Assembly: GCA_964016885.1 (NCBI GenBank)
Contig: OZ024757.1
Coordinates: 1,364,001 to 1,428,000, forward strand
DNA length: 64,000 bases
Origin: Eledone cirrhosa
Taxonomy: Eukaryota
Direction of reading: 5' to 3'
Every line of letters starts with the position of its first letter. Within the stretch, counting starts at the first letter, position 1. The notes under the pieces are model-generated. The model searched no databases, was not told the DNA's origin, and was given only the letters and a program-made list of their open reading frames with translations. The translations under genes and the position numbers were made by a program. Below, in pieces: positions 41,901-56,029 of this stretch.

Positions 41901-44900
41901 ATGATATTGTACATCTGGCACCACCTATATGGTACACATTACTGTCAGAAACTCCTGTCTCACCTCCACCTCATGATATTGTACATCTGGCACCACCTAT
42001 ATGGTTAACATTACTGTCAGAAAATCCTGTCTCACCTCCACCACATGATATCATACATCTGGCACCACCTATATGGTACACATTACTGTCACAAACTCCT
42101 GTCTCATCTCCACCACATGATATTGTACATCTGGCACCACCTATATGGTACACATTATTGTCAGAAACTCCTGTCTCACCTCCACCACATGATATTGTAC
42201 TTCTGGTACCACCTATATGGTAGCCATTACTGTCAGAAACTCCTGTCTCACCTACTCCACATGATATTGTACATCTGGAACTACCTATATGTTAGACATT
42301 ACTATCAGAAACTCCTGTCTCACATCCACCACATGATATTGTACATCTGGCACCACCTATATGGTAGCCATTACTGTCAGAAACTCCTGTCTCACCTCCA
42401 CCACATGATATTGTACATTTGGCACCACCTATATGGTAGCCATTAGTGTCAGAAACTCCTGTCTCACCTCCACCACATGATATTGTACATCTGGCACCAC
42501 CTATATGGAGACATCACTTCCAGAAACTCCTGTCTCACCTCCACCACATGTTATTGTACATCTAGGACCACCTATATGGTAGACATCACTGCCAGAAACT
42601 CCTGTCTCACCTCCACCACATGTTATTGTACATCTAGCATCACCTATATGGTAGACATCACTTTCAGAAACTCCTGTCTCACCTCCACCACATGATATTG
42701 TACACCTGGCACCACCTATATGGTACACATTATTGTCAGAAACTCCTGTCTCACATCCTCCACATGATATTGTACATCTGGCACCACCTATATTGTAGAC
42801 ATTACTGTCAGAAACTCCTGTCTCACTTCCGCCACATGATATTGTACATCTGGCACCACCTATATTGTAGACAGTACTGTCAGAAACTCCTGTCTCACTT
42901 CCACCACATGATATTTTACATCTGGCACCACCTATATGGTACACATTACTGTCAGAAACTCCTGTCTCACCTCCACCACATGTTATTGTACATCTGGCAC
43001 CACCTATATAGTAGACATTCCTGTCTCCCCTCCATCACATGTTATTGTACATCTGGCACCACCTATATGGAAGACATTCCTGTCAGAAACACCTGTCTCA
43101 CTTCCTCAACATGATATTGTACATCTGGCACCACCTATATAGTAGACATTCCTGTCAGAAACTCCTGTCTCCCCTCCTCCACATGTTATTGTATATCTGG
43201 TACCACCTATATGGTAGACATCACTGTCAGAAACTCCGGTCTCACCTCCACCACATGATATTGTACATCTGGCACCACCTATATGGTACACATTATTGTC
43301 AGAAACTCCTGTCTCACCTCCACCACATGATATTGTACATCTGGTACCACCTATATGGTAGCCATTACTGTCAGAAACTCCTGTCTCACCTTCTCCACAT
43401 GATATTGTACATCTGGAACTACCTATATGTTAGACATTACTATCAGAAACTCCTGTCTCACCTCCACCACATGATATTGTACATCTGGCACCACCTATAT
43501 GGTAGCCATTACTGTCAGAAACTCCTGTCTCACCTCCACCACATGATATTGTATATCTGGCACCACCTATATGGTAGACATCCCTGCCAGAAACTCTTGT
43601 CTCACCTCCACCACATGTTATTGTACATCTGGCACCACCTATATGGTAGATATCACTGCCAGAAACTCCTGTCTCACCTCCACCACATGTTATTGTACAT
43701 CTGGCACCACCTATATGGTAGACATCACTGTCAGAAACTCCTGTCTCACCTCCACCACATGATATTGTACATTTGGCACCACCTATATGGTAGACAGTAC
43801 TGTCAGAAACTCCTGTCTCACCTCCACCACATGTTATTCTACATCTGGCACCACCTATATGGTACACATTACTGTCAGAAACTCCGTCTCACCTCCACCA
43901 CATTATATTGTACATCTGGCACCACCATTTTTCTGGTACACATTACTGTCAGAAACTCCTGTCTCACCTCCACAACATGATATTGTACATTTGGCACCAC
44001 CTATATGGTAGCCATTAGTGTCAGAAACTCCTGTCTCACCTCCACCACATGATATTGTACATCTGGCACCACCTATATGGAGACATCACTGCCAGAAACT
44101 CCTGTCTCACCTCCACCACATGTTATTGTACATCTAGGACCACCTATATGGTAGACATCACTGCCAGAAACTCCTGTCTCACCTCCACCACATGTTATTG
44201 TACATCTGGCACCACCTATATGGTAGATATCACTGCCAGAAACTCCTGTCTCACCTCCACCACATGTTATTGTACATCTGGCACCACCTATATGGTAGAC
44301 ATCACTGTCAGAAACTCCTGTCTCACCTCCACCACATGATATTGTACATTTGGCACCACCTATATGGTAGACAGTACTGTCAGAAACTCCTGTCTCACCT
44401 CCACCACATGTTATTCTACATCTGGCACCACCTATATGGTACACATTACTGTCAGAAACTCCGTCTCACCTCCACCACATTATATTGTACATCTGGCACC
44501 ACCATTTTTCTGGTACACATTACTGTCAGAAACTCCTGTCTCACCTCAACAACATGATATTGTACATTTGGCACCACCTATATGGTAGCCATTAGTGTCA
44601 GAAACTCCTGTCTCACCTCCACCACATGATATTGTACATCTGGCACCACCTATATGGAGACATCACTGCCAGAAACTCATGTCTCACCTCCACCACATGT
44701 TATTGTACATCTAGGACCACCTATATGGTAGACATCACTGCCAGAAACTCCTGTCTCACCTCCACCACATGTTATTGTACATCTGGCACCACCTATATGG
44801 TAGACATCACTGTCAGAAACTCTTGTCTCACCTCCACCACATGTTATTGTACATCTGGCACCACCTATATGGTAGACATCACTGTCAGAAACTCTTGTCT

Positions 44901-47900
44901 CACCTCCACCACATGTTATCGTACATCTGGCACCACCTATATGGTACACATTACTGCCAGAAACTCCTGTCTCACCTCCACCACATGATATTGTACATCT
45001 GGCACCACCTATATGGTACACATTACTGTCAGAAACTCCTGTCTCACTTCCACCACATGATAGTGTACATCTGGCACCACCTATATGGTAGACATCACTG
45101 TCAGAAACTCCTGTCTCACCTCCACCACATGATATTGTACATCTGGCACCAAATATATGGTAGACAGTACTGTCAGAAACTCCTGTCTCACATCCACCAC
45201 ATATATTGTATATCTGGCGCCACCTATATGGTAGACATTACTGTCAGAAACTCCTGTCTCACCTCCTCCACATGATATTGTACATCTGGCACCACCTATA
45301 TGGTAGACATTACTGTCAGAAACTCCTGTCTCACCTCCACCACATGATATTCTACATCTGGCACCACCTATATGGTACACATTACTGTCAGAACCTCTTG
45401 TCTCACCTCCACCACATGATATTGTACATCTGGCACCACCTATATAGTAGACATTACTGTCAGAAACTCCTGTCTCACCTCCACCACATGATATTGTACA
45501 TCTGGCACCACCTAGATGGTAGACATCACTGCCAGAAATTCCTGTCTCACCTCCACCTCATGTTATTGTACATCTGGCACCACCTATATGGTAGACATCA
45601 CTGCCAGAAACTCCTGTCTCACCTCCACCACATGTTATTGTACATCTGGCACCACCTATATGGTAGACATCACTGTCAGAAACTCCTGTCTCACCTCCAC
45701 CACATGATATTGTACATCTGGCACCACCTATATTGTAGCCATGACTGTCAGAAACTCCTGTCTCACCTCCACCACATGATATTGTACATCTGGCACCACC
45801 TATATAGTAGACATTACTGTCAGAAACTCGTCTCACCTCCACCACATGATATTGTACATCTGGCACCAGCTAGATGGTAAACATCACTGCCAGAAACTCC
45901 TGTATCACCTCCAACACATGTTATTGTACATGTGGCACCACCTATATGGTAGACATCACTGCCAGAAACTCCTGTCTCACCTCCACCACATGTTATTGTA
46001 CATCTGGCACCACCTATATGGTAGACATCACTTCCAGAAACTCCTGTCTCACCTCCACCACATGATATTGTACATCTAGCACCACCTATATGGTAGACAT
46101 CACTGTCAGAAACTCCTGTCTCACCTCCACCACATGATATTGTACATCTGGCACCACCTATATGGTACACATTACTGTCAGAAACTCCTGTCTCACATCC
46201 TCCACATGATATTGTACATCTGGCACCACCTATATTGTAGACATTACTCTCAGAAACTCCTGTCTCACTTCCACCACATGATATTGTACATCTGGCACCA
46301 CCTATATTGTAGACATTACTGTCAGAAACTCCTGTCTCACCTCCACCACATGATATTGTACATCTGGCACCACCTATATTGTAGACATTACTGTCAGAAA
46401 CTCCTGTCTCACCTCCACCACATGATATTGTACATCTGGCACCACGTATATTGTAGACAGGACTGTCAGAAACTCCTGTCTCACCTCCACCACATGTTAT
46501 TGTACATCTGGCACCACCTATATAGTAGACATTCCTGTCTCTCCTCCATCACATGTTATTGTACATCTGGCACCACCTATATGGTAGACATTACTGTCAG
46601 AAACTCCTGTCTCACCTCCACCACATGTTATTGTACATCTGGCACCACCTATATGGTACACATTACTGCCAGAAACTCCTGTCTCACCTCCACCACATGT
46701 TATTGTACATCTGGCACCACCTATATGGAAGACATTCCTGTCAGAAACTCCTGTCTCACTTCCTCAACATGATATTGTACATCTGGCACCACCTATATGG
46801 TAGACATTCCTGTCAGAAACTCCTGTCTCCCCTCCACCACATGTTATTGTATATCTGGCACCATCTATATGGTAGACATCACTGTCAGAAACTCCTGTCT
46901 CACCTCCACCACATGATATTGTACATCTGGCACCACCTATATGGTACACATTACTGTCAGAAACTCCTGTCTCACTTTCACCACATGATATTGTACATCT
47001 GGCACCACCTATATGGTAGACATTACTGTCAGAAACTCCTGTCTCACCTCCACCACATGATATTGTACATCTGGCACCACCTATATGGTTAACATTACTG
47101 TCAGAAAATCCTGTCTCACCTCCACCACATGATATCATACATCCGGCACCACCTATATGGTACACATTACTGTCAGAAACTCCTGTCTCACCTCCACCAC
47201 ATGATATTGTACATCTGGCACCACCTATATGGTACACATTATTGTCAGAAACTCCTGTCTCACCTCCACCACATGATTTTGTACCACTGGTACCACCTAT
47301 ATGGTAGCCATTACTGTCAGAAACTCCTGTCTCACCTTCTCCACATGATATTGTACATCTGGAACTACCTATATGGAGGACATCCCTGCCAGAAACTCCT
47401 GTCAATCCTCCACCACATGTTATGGTACATCTGGCACCACCTATATGGTAGACATCACTGCCAGAAACTCCTGTCTCACCTCCACCACATGTTATTGTAC
47501 ATCTAGCAACACCTATATGGTAGACATTACTGTCAGAACCTCTTGTCTCACCTCCACCGCATGTTATTGTACATCTGGCACCACCTATATGGTACACATT
47601 ACTGTCAGAAACTCCTGTCTCACCTCCTCCACATGATATTGTACATCTGGCACCACCTATACGGTACACATTACTGTCAGAAACTCCTGTCTCACCTCCA
47701 CCACATGTTATTGCACATCTGGCACCACCTATATGGTAGACATTCCTGTCTCCCATCCACCACATGTTATCGTACATCTGGCACCACCTATATGGTAGAC
47801 ATTCCTCTCAGAAACTCCTGTCTCACCTCCTCCACAACATGATATTGTACATCTGGCACCACCTATATGGTAGACATTCCTGTCAGAAACTCCTGTCTCA

Positions 47901-50900
47901 CCTCCTCCACATGATATTGTACATCTGGCACCACCTATATGGTAGACATTCCTGTCAGAAACTCCTGTCTCACCTCCACCACATGTTATTGTACATCTGG
48001 CACCACCTATATGGTACACATTCCTGTCAGAAACTCCTGTCTCACCTCCTCTACATGATAGTGTACATCTGGCACCACCTATATGGAAGACATTCCTGTC
48101 AGAAACTCCTGTCTCACCTCCTCCACATGATATTGTACATCTGGCACCACCTATATGGTAGACATTACTGTCAGAAACTCCTGTCTCACCTCCACCACAT
48201 GTTATTGTACATCTGGCACCACCTGTATGGTAGACATCACTGTCAGAAACTCCTGTCTCGCCTCCACCACATGATATTGTACATTTAGCATCACCTATAT
48301 GGTAGACATCACTTTCAGAAACTCCTGTCTCACATCCACCACATGATATTGTACATCTGGCACCACCTATATGGTACACATTACTGTCAGAAACTCCTGT
48401 CTCACATCCTCCACATGATATTGTACATCTGGCACCACCTATATTGTAGACATTACTGTCAGAAACTCCTGTCTCACTTCCGCCACATGATATGGTACAT
48501 CTGGCACCAACTATATTGTAGACAGTTCTGTCAGAAACTCCTGTCTCACTTCCACCACATGATATTGTACATCTGGCACCACCTATATGGTACACATTAC
48601 TGTCAGAAACTCCTGTCTCACCTCCACCACATGTTATTGTACATCTGGCACCACCTATATGGTACACATTACTGTCAGAAACTCCTGTCTCACCTCCACC
48701 ACATGATATTGTACATTTGGCACCACCTATATGGTAGCCATTAGTGTCAGAAACTCCTGTCTCACCTCCACCACATGATATTGTACATCTGGCACCACCT
48801 ATATGGAGACATCACTGCCAGAAACTCCTGTCTCACCTCCACCACATGTTATTGTACATCTAGGACCACCTATATGGTAGACATCACTGCCAGAAACTCC
48901 TGTCTCACCTCCACCACATGTTATTGTACATCTAGCATCACCTATATGGTAGACATCACTTTCAGAAACTCCTGTCTCACCTCCACCACATGATATTGTA
49001 CATCTGGCACCACCTATATGGTACACATTACTGTCAGAAATTCCTGTCTCACCTCCTCCACATGATATTGTACATCTGGCACCACCTATATTGTAGACAT
49101 TACTGTCAGAAACTCCTGTCTCACTTCCGCCACATGATATTGTACATCTGGCACCACCTATATTGTAGACAGTACTGTCAGAAACTCCTGTCTCACTTCC
49201 ACCACATGATATTTTACATCTGGCACCACCTATATGGTACACATTACTGTCAGAAACTCCTGTCTCACCTCCACCACATGTTATTGTACATCTGGCACCA
49301 CCTATATAGTAGACATTCCTGTCTCACCTCCATCACATGTTATTGTACATCTGGCACCACCTATATGGTAGACATTACTGTCAGAAACTCCTGTCTCACC
49401 TCCACCACATGTTATTGTACATCTGGCACCACCTATATGGAAGACACTCCTGTCAGAAACACCTGTCTCACTTCCTCAACATGATATTGTACATCTGGCA
49501 CCACCTATATGGTAGACATTCCTGTCAGAAACTCCTATCTCCCCTCCTCCACATGTTATTGTATATCTGGTACCACCTATATGGTAGACATCACTGTCAG
49601 AAACTCCGGTCTCACCTCCACTACATGATATTGTACATCTGGCACCACCTATATGGTACACATTACTGTCAGAAACTCCTGTCTCACCTCCACCTCATGA
49701 TATTGTACATCTGGCACCACCTATATGGTTAACATTACTGTCAGAAAATCCTGTCTCACCTCCACCACATGATATCATACATCTGGCACCACCTATATGG
49801 TACACATTACTGTCACAAACTCCTGTCTCATCTCCACCACATGATATTGTACATCTGGCACCACCTATATGGTAGCCATTACTGTCAGAAACTCCTGTCT
49901 CACCTTCTCCACATGATATTGTACATCTGGAACTACCTATATGTTAGACATTACTATCAGAAACTCCTGTCTCACCTCCACCACATGATATTGTACATCT
50001 GGCACCACCTATATGGTAGCCATTACTGTCAGAAACTCCTGTCTCACCTCCACCACATGATATTGTAAATTTGGCACCACCTATATGGTAGCCATTAGTG
50101 TCAGAAACTCCTGTCTCACCTCCACCACATGATATTGTACATCTGGCACCACCTATATGGAGACATCACTGCCAGAAACTCCTGTCTCACCTCCACCACA
50201 TGTTATTGTACATCTAGGACCACCTATATGGTAGACATCACTGCCAGAAACTCCTGTCTCACCTCCACCACATGTTATTGTACATCTAGCATCACCTATA
50301 TGGTAGACATCACTTTCAGAAACTCCTGTCTCACCTCCACCACATGATATTGTACATCTGGCACCACCTATATGGTACACATTACTGTCAGAAACTCCTG
50401 TCTCACATCCTCCACATGATATTGTACATCTGGCACCACCTATATTGTAGACATTACTCTCAGAAACTCCTGTCTCACTTCCGCCACATGATATTGTACA
50501 TCTGGCACCACCTATATTGTAGACAGTACTGTCAGAAACTCCTGTCTCACTTCCACCACATGATATTTTACATCTGGCACCACCTATATGGTACACATTA
50601 CTGTCAGAAACTCCTGTCTCACCTCCACCACATGTTATTGTACATCTGGCACCACCTATATAGTAGACATTCCTGTCTCCCCTCCATCACATGTTATTGT
50701 ACATCTGGCACCACCTATATGGTAGACATTACTGTCAGAAACTCCTGTCTCACCTCCACCACATGTTATTGTACATCTGGCACCACCTATATGGAAGACA
50801 TTCCTGTCAGAAACACCTGTCTCACTTCCTCAACATGATATTGTACATCTGGCACCACCTATATGGTAGACATTCCTGTCAGAAACTCCTGTCTCCCCTC

Positions 50901-51800
50901 CTCCACATGTTATTGTATATCTGGTACCACCTATATGGTAGACATCACTGTCAGAAACTCTGGTCTCACCTCCACTACATGATATTGTACATCTGGCACC
51001 ACCTATATGGTACACATTACTGTCAGAAACTCCTGTCTCACCTCCACCTCATGATATTGTACATCTGGCACCACCTATATGGTTAACATTACTGTCAGAA
51101 AATCCTGTCTCACCTCCACCACATGATATCATACATCTGGCACCACCTATATGGTACACATTACTGTCACAAACTCCTGTCTCATCTCCACCACATGATA
51201 TTGTACATCTGGTACCACCTATATGGTACACATTATTGTCAGAAACTCCTGTCTCACCTCCACCACATGATATTGTACATCTGGTACCACCTATATGGTA
51301 GCCATTACTGTCAGAAACTCCTGTCTCACCTTCTCCACATGATATTGTACATCTGGAACTACCTATATGTTAGACATTACTATCAGAAACTCCTGTCTCA
51401 CCTCCACCACATGATATTGTACATCTGGCACCACCTATATGGTAGCCATTACTGTCAGAAACTCCTGTCTCACCTCCACCACATGATATTGTATATCTGG
51501 CACCACCTATATGGTAGACATCCCTGCCAGAAACTCTTGTCTCACCTCCACCACATGTTATCGTACATCTGGCACCACCTATATGGTAGATATCACTGCC
51601 AGAAACTCCTGTCTCACCTCCACCACATGTTATTGTACATCTGGCACCACCTATATGGTAGACATCACTGTCAGAAACTCTTGTCTCACCTCCACCACTT
51701 GATATTGTACATTTGGCACCACCTATATGGTAGACAGTACTGTCAGAAACTCCTGTCTCACCTCCACCACATGTTATTCTACATCTGGCACCACCTATAT
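26900..51800. repeat. ~10.4-kb block duplicated at ~14.5-kb offset (26.9-37.2 kb vs 41.4-51.8 kb)
   Basis: Offsets are 27979/42477, 28541/43039 and 30128/44626 (14498); 32268/46764 (14496, after a 2-bp loss at ~45830); and 34207/48775 (14568, one extra monomer). Private variants such as GATTTTGTACCACTGG and GGAGGACATCCC are shared. Confidence 0.88.
34130..42510. repeat. 4135-bp (58-monomer) tandem duplication
   Basis: Offsets 34207/38342, 35561/39696, 36555/40690 and 37910/42045 are all 4135. 58 x 72 - 41 = three 59-bp and two 71-bp monomers. Confidence 0.92.
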
Positions 51801-54800
51801 GGTACACATTACTGTCAGAAACTCCGTCTCACCTCCACCACATTATATTGTACATCTGGCACCACCATTTTTCTGGTACACATTACTGTCAGAAACTCCT
51901 GTCTCACCTCCACAACATGATATTGTACATTTGGCACCACCTATATGGTAGCCATTAGTGTCAGAAACTCCTGTCTCACCTCCACCACATGATATTGTAC
52001 ATCTGGCACCACCTATATGGAGACATCACTGCCAGAAACTCCTGTCACACCTCCACCACATGTTATTGTACATCTGGCACCACCTATATGGTAGACATCA
52101 CTGTCAGAAACTCTTGTCTCACCTCCACCACATGTTATTGTACATCTGGCACCACCTATATGGTAGACATCACTGTCAGAAACTCTTGTCTCACCTCCAG
52201 CACATGTTATCGTACATCTGGCACCACCTATATGGTACACATTACTGCCAGAAACTCCTGTCTCACCTCCACCACATGATATTGTACATCTGGCACCACC
52301 TATATGGTACACATTACTGTCAGAAACTCCTGTCTCACTTCCACCACATGATATTGTACATCTGGCACCACCTATATTGTAGACAGTACTGTCAGAAACT
52401 CCTGTCTCACTTCCACTACATGATATTGTACATCTGGCACCAAATATATGGTAGACAGTACTGTCAGAAACTCCTGTCTCACATCCACCACATGTATATT
52501 GTATATCTGGCGCCACCTATATGGTAGACATTACTGTCAGAAACTCCTGTCTCACCTCCTCCACATGATATTGTACATCTGGCACCACCTATATGGTAGA
52601 CATTACTGTCAGAAACTCCTGTCTCACCTCCACCACATGATATTCTACATCTGGCACCACCTATATGGTACACATTACTGTCAGAACCTCTTGCCTCACC
52701 TCCACCACATGATATTGTACATCTGGCACCACCTATATAGTAGACATTACTGTCAGAAACTCCTGTCTCACCTCCACCACATGATATTGTACATCTGGCA
52801 CCACCTAGATGGTAGACATCACTGCCAGAAACTCCTGTCTCACCTCCACCTCATGATATTGTACATCTGGCACCACCTATATGGTAGACATCACTGCCAG
52901 AAACTCCTGTCTCACCTCCACCACATGTTATTGTACATCTGGCACCACCTATATGGTAGACATCACTGTCAGAAACTCCTGTCTCACCTCCACCACATGA
53001 TATTGTACATCTGGCACCACCTATATTGTAGCTATTACTGTCAGAAACTCCTGTCTCACCTCCACCACATGATATTGTACATCTGGCACCACCTATATAG
53101 TAGACATTACTGTCAGAAACTCCTGTCTCACCTCCACCACATGATATTGTACATCTGGCACCACCTAGATGGTAGACATCACTGCCAGAAACTCCTGTAT
53201 CACCTCCACCACATGTTATTGTACATCTGGCACCACCTATATGGTAGACATCACTTCCAGAAACTCCTGTCTCACCTCCACCACATGATATTGTACATCT
53301 AGCACCACCTATATGGTAGACATCACTGTCAGAAACTCCTGTCTCACCTCCGCCACATGATATTGTACATCTGGCACCACCTATATGGTACACATTACTG
53401 TCAGAAACTCCTGTCTCACATCCTCCACATGATATTGTACATCTGGCACCACCTATATTGTAGACATTACTCTCAGAAACTCCTGTCTCACTTCCACCAC
53501 ATGATATTGTACATCTGGCACCACCTATATTGTAGACATTACTGTCAGAAACTCCTGTCTCACCTCCACCACATGATATTGTACATCTGGCACCACCTAT
53601 ATTGTAGACAGGACTGTCAGAAACTCCTGTCTCACCTCCACCACATGTTATTGTACATCTGGCACCACCTATATAGTAGACATTCCTGTCTCCCCTCCAT
53701 CACATGTTATTGTACATCTGGCACCACCTATATGGTAGACATTACTGTCAGAAACTCCTGTCTCACCTCCACCACATGTTATTGTACATCTGGCACCACC
53801 TATATGGTACACATTACTGCCAGAAACTCCTGTCTCACCTCCACCACATGTTATTGTACATCTGGCACCACCTATATGGAAGACATTCCTGTCAGAAACT
53901 CCTGTCTCACTTCCTCAACATGATATTGTACATCTGGCACCACCTATATGGTAGACATTCCTGTCAGAAACTCCTGTCTCCCCTCTACCACATGTTATTG
54001 TATATCTGGCACCATCTATATGGTAGACATCACTGTCAGAAACTCCTGTCTCACCTCCACCACATGATATTGTACATCTGGCACCACCTATATGGTACAC
54101 ATTACTGTCAGAAACTCCTGTCTCACTTTCACCACATGATATTGTACATCTGGCACCACCTATATGGTAGACATTACTGTCAGAAACTCCTGTCTCACCT
54201 CCACCACATGATATTGTACATCTGGCACCACCTATATGGTTAACATTACTGTCAGAAAATCCTGTCTCACCTCCACCACATGATATCATACATCCTGCAC
54301 CACCTATATGGTACACATTACTGTCAGAAACTCCTGTCTCACCTCCACCACATGACATTGTACATCTGGCACCACCTATATGGTACACATTATTGTCAGA
54401 AACTCCTGTCTCACCTCCACCACATGATTTTGTACCACTGGTACCACCTATATGGTAGCCATTACTGTCAGAAACTCCTGTCTCACCTTCTCCACATGAT
54501 ATTGTACATCTGGAACTACCTATATGGTAGACATCCCTGCCAGAAACTCCTGTCTCACCTCCACCACATGTTATGGTACATCTGGCACCACCTATATGGT
54601 AGACATCACTGCCAGAAACTCCTGTCTCACCTCCACCACATGTTATTGTACATCTAGCAACACCTATATGGTAGACATTACTGTCAGAACCTCTTGTCTC
54701 ACCTCCACCACATGTTATTGTATATCTGGCACCACCTATATGGTACACATTACTGTCAGAAACTCCTGTCTCACCTCCTCCACATGATATTGTACATCTG

Positions 54801-56029
54801 GCACCACCTATATGGTACACATTACTGTCAGAAACTCCTGTCTCACCTCCACCACATGTTATTGTACATCTGGCACCACCTATATAGTAGACATTCCTGT
54901 CTCCCATCCACCACATGTTATTGTACATCTGGCACCACCTATATGGTAGACATTCCTCTCAGAAACTCCTGTCTCACCTCCTCCACAACATGATATTGTA
55001 CATCTGGCACCACGTATATGGTAGAGATTCCTGTCAGAAACTCCTGTCTCACCTCCTCCACATGATATTGTACATCTGGCACCACCTATATGGTAGACAT
55101 TCCTGTCAGAAACTCCTGTCTCACCTCCACCACATGTTATTGTACATCTGGCACCACCTATATGGTACACATTCCTGTCAGAAACTCCTGTCTCACCTCC
55201 TCCACATGATATTGTACATCTGGCACCACCTATATGGAAGACATTCCTGTCAGAAACTCCTGTCTCACCTCCTCCACATGATATTGTACATCTGGCACCA
55301 CCTATATGGTAGACATTACTGTCAGAAACTCCTGTCTCGCCTCCACCACATGATATTGTACATCTAGCATCACCTATATGGTAGACATCACTTTCAGAAA
55401 CTCCTGTCTCACATCCACCACATGATATTGTACATCTGGCACCACCTATATGGTACACATTACTGTCAGAAACTCCTGTCTCACATCCTCCACATGATAT
55501 TGTACATCTGGCACCACCTATATTGTAGACATTACTGTCAGAAACTCCTGTCTCACTTCCGCCACATGATATGGTACATCTGGCACCACCTATATTGTAG
55601 ACAGTTCTGTCAGAAACTCCTGTCTCACTTCCACCACATGATATTGTACATCTGGCACCACCTATATGGTACACATTACTGTCAGAAACTCCTGTCTCAC
55701 CTCCACCACATGTTATTGTACATCTGGCACCACCTATATGGTACACATTACTGTCAGAAACTCCTGTCTCACCTCCACCACATGATATTGTACATTTGGC
55801 ACCACCTATATGGTAGCCATTAGTGTCAGAAACTCCTGTCTCACCTCCACCACATGATATTGTACATCTGGCACCACCTATATGGAGACATCACTGCCAG
55901 AAACTCCTGTCTCACCTCCACCACATGTTATTGTACATCTAGGACCACCTATATGGTAGACATCACTGCCAGAAACTCCTGTCTCACCTCCACCACATGT
56001 TATTGTACATCTAGCATCACCTATATGGT

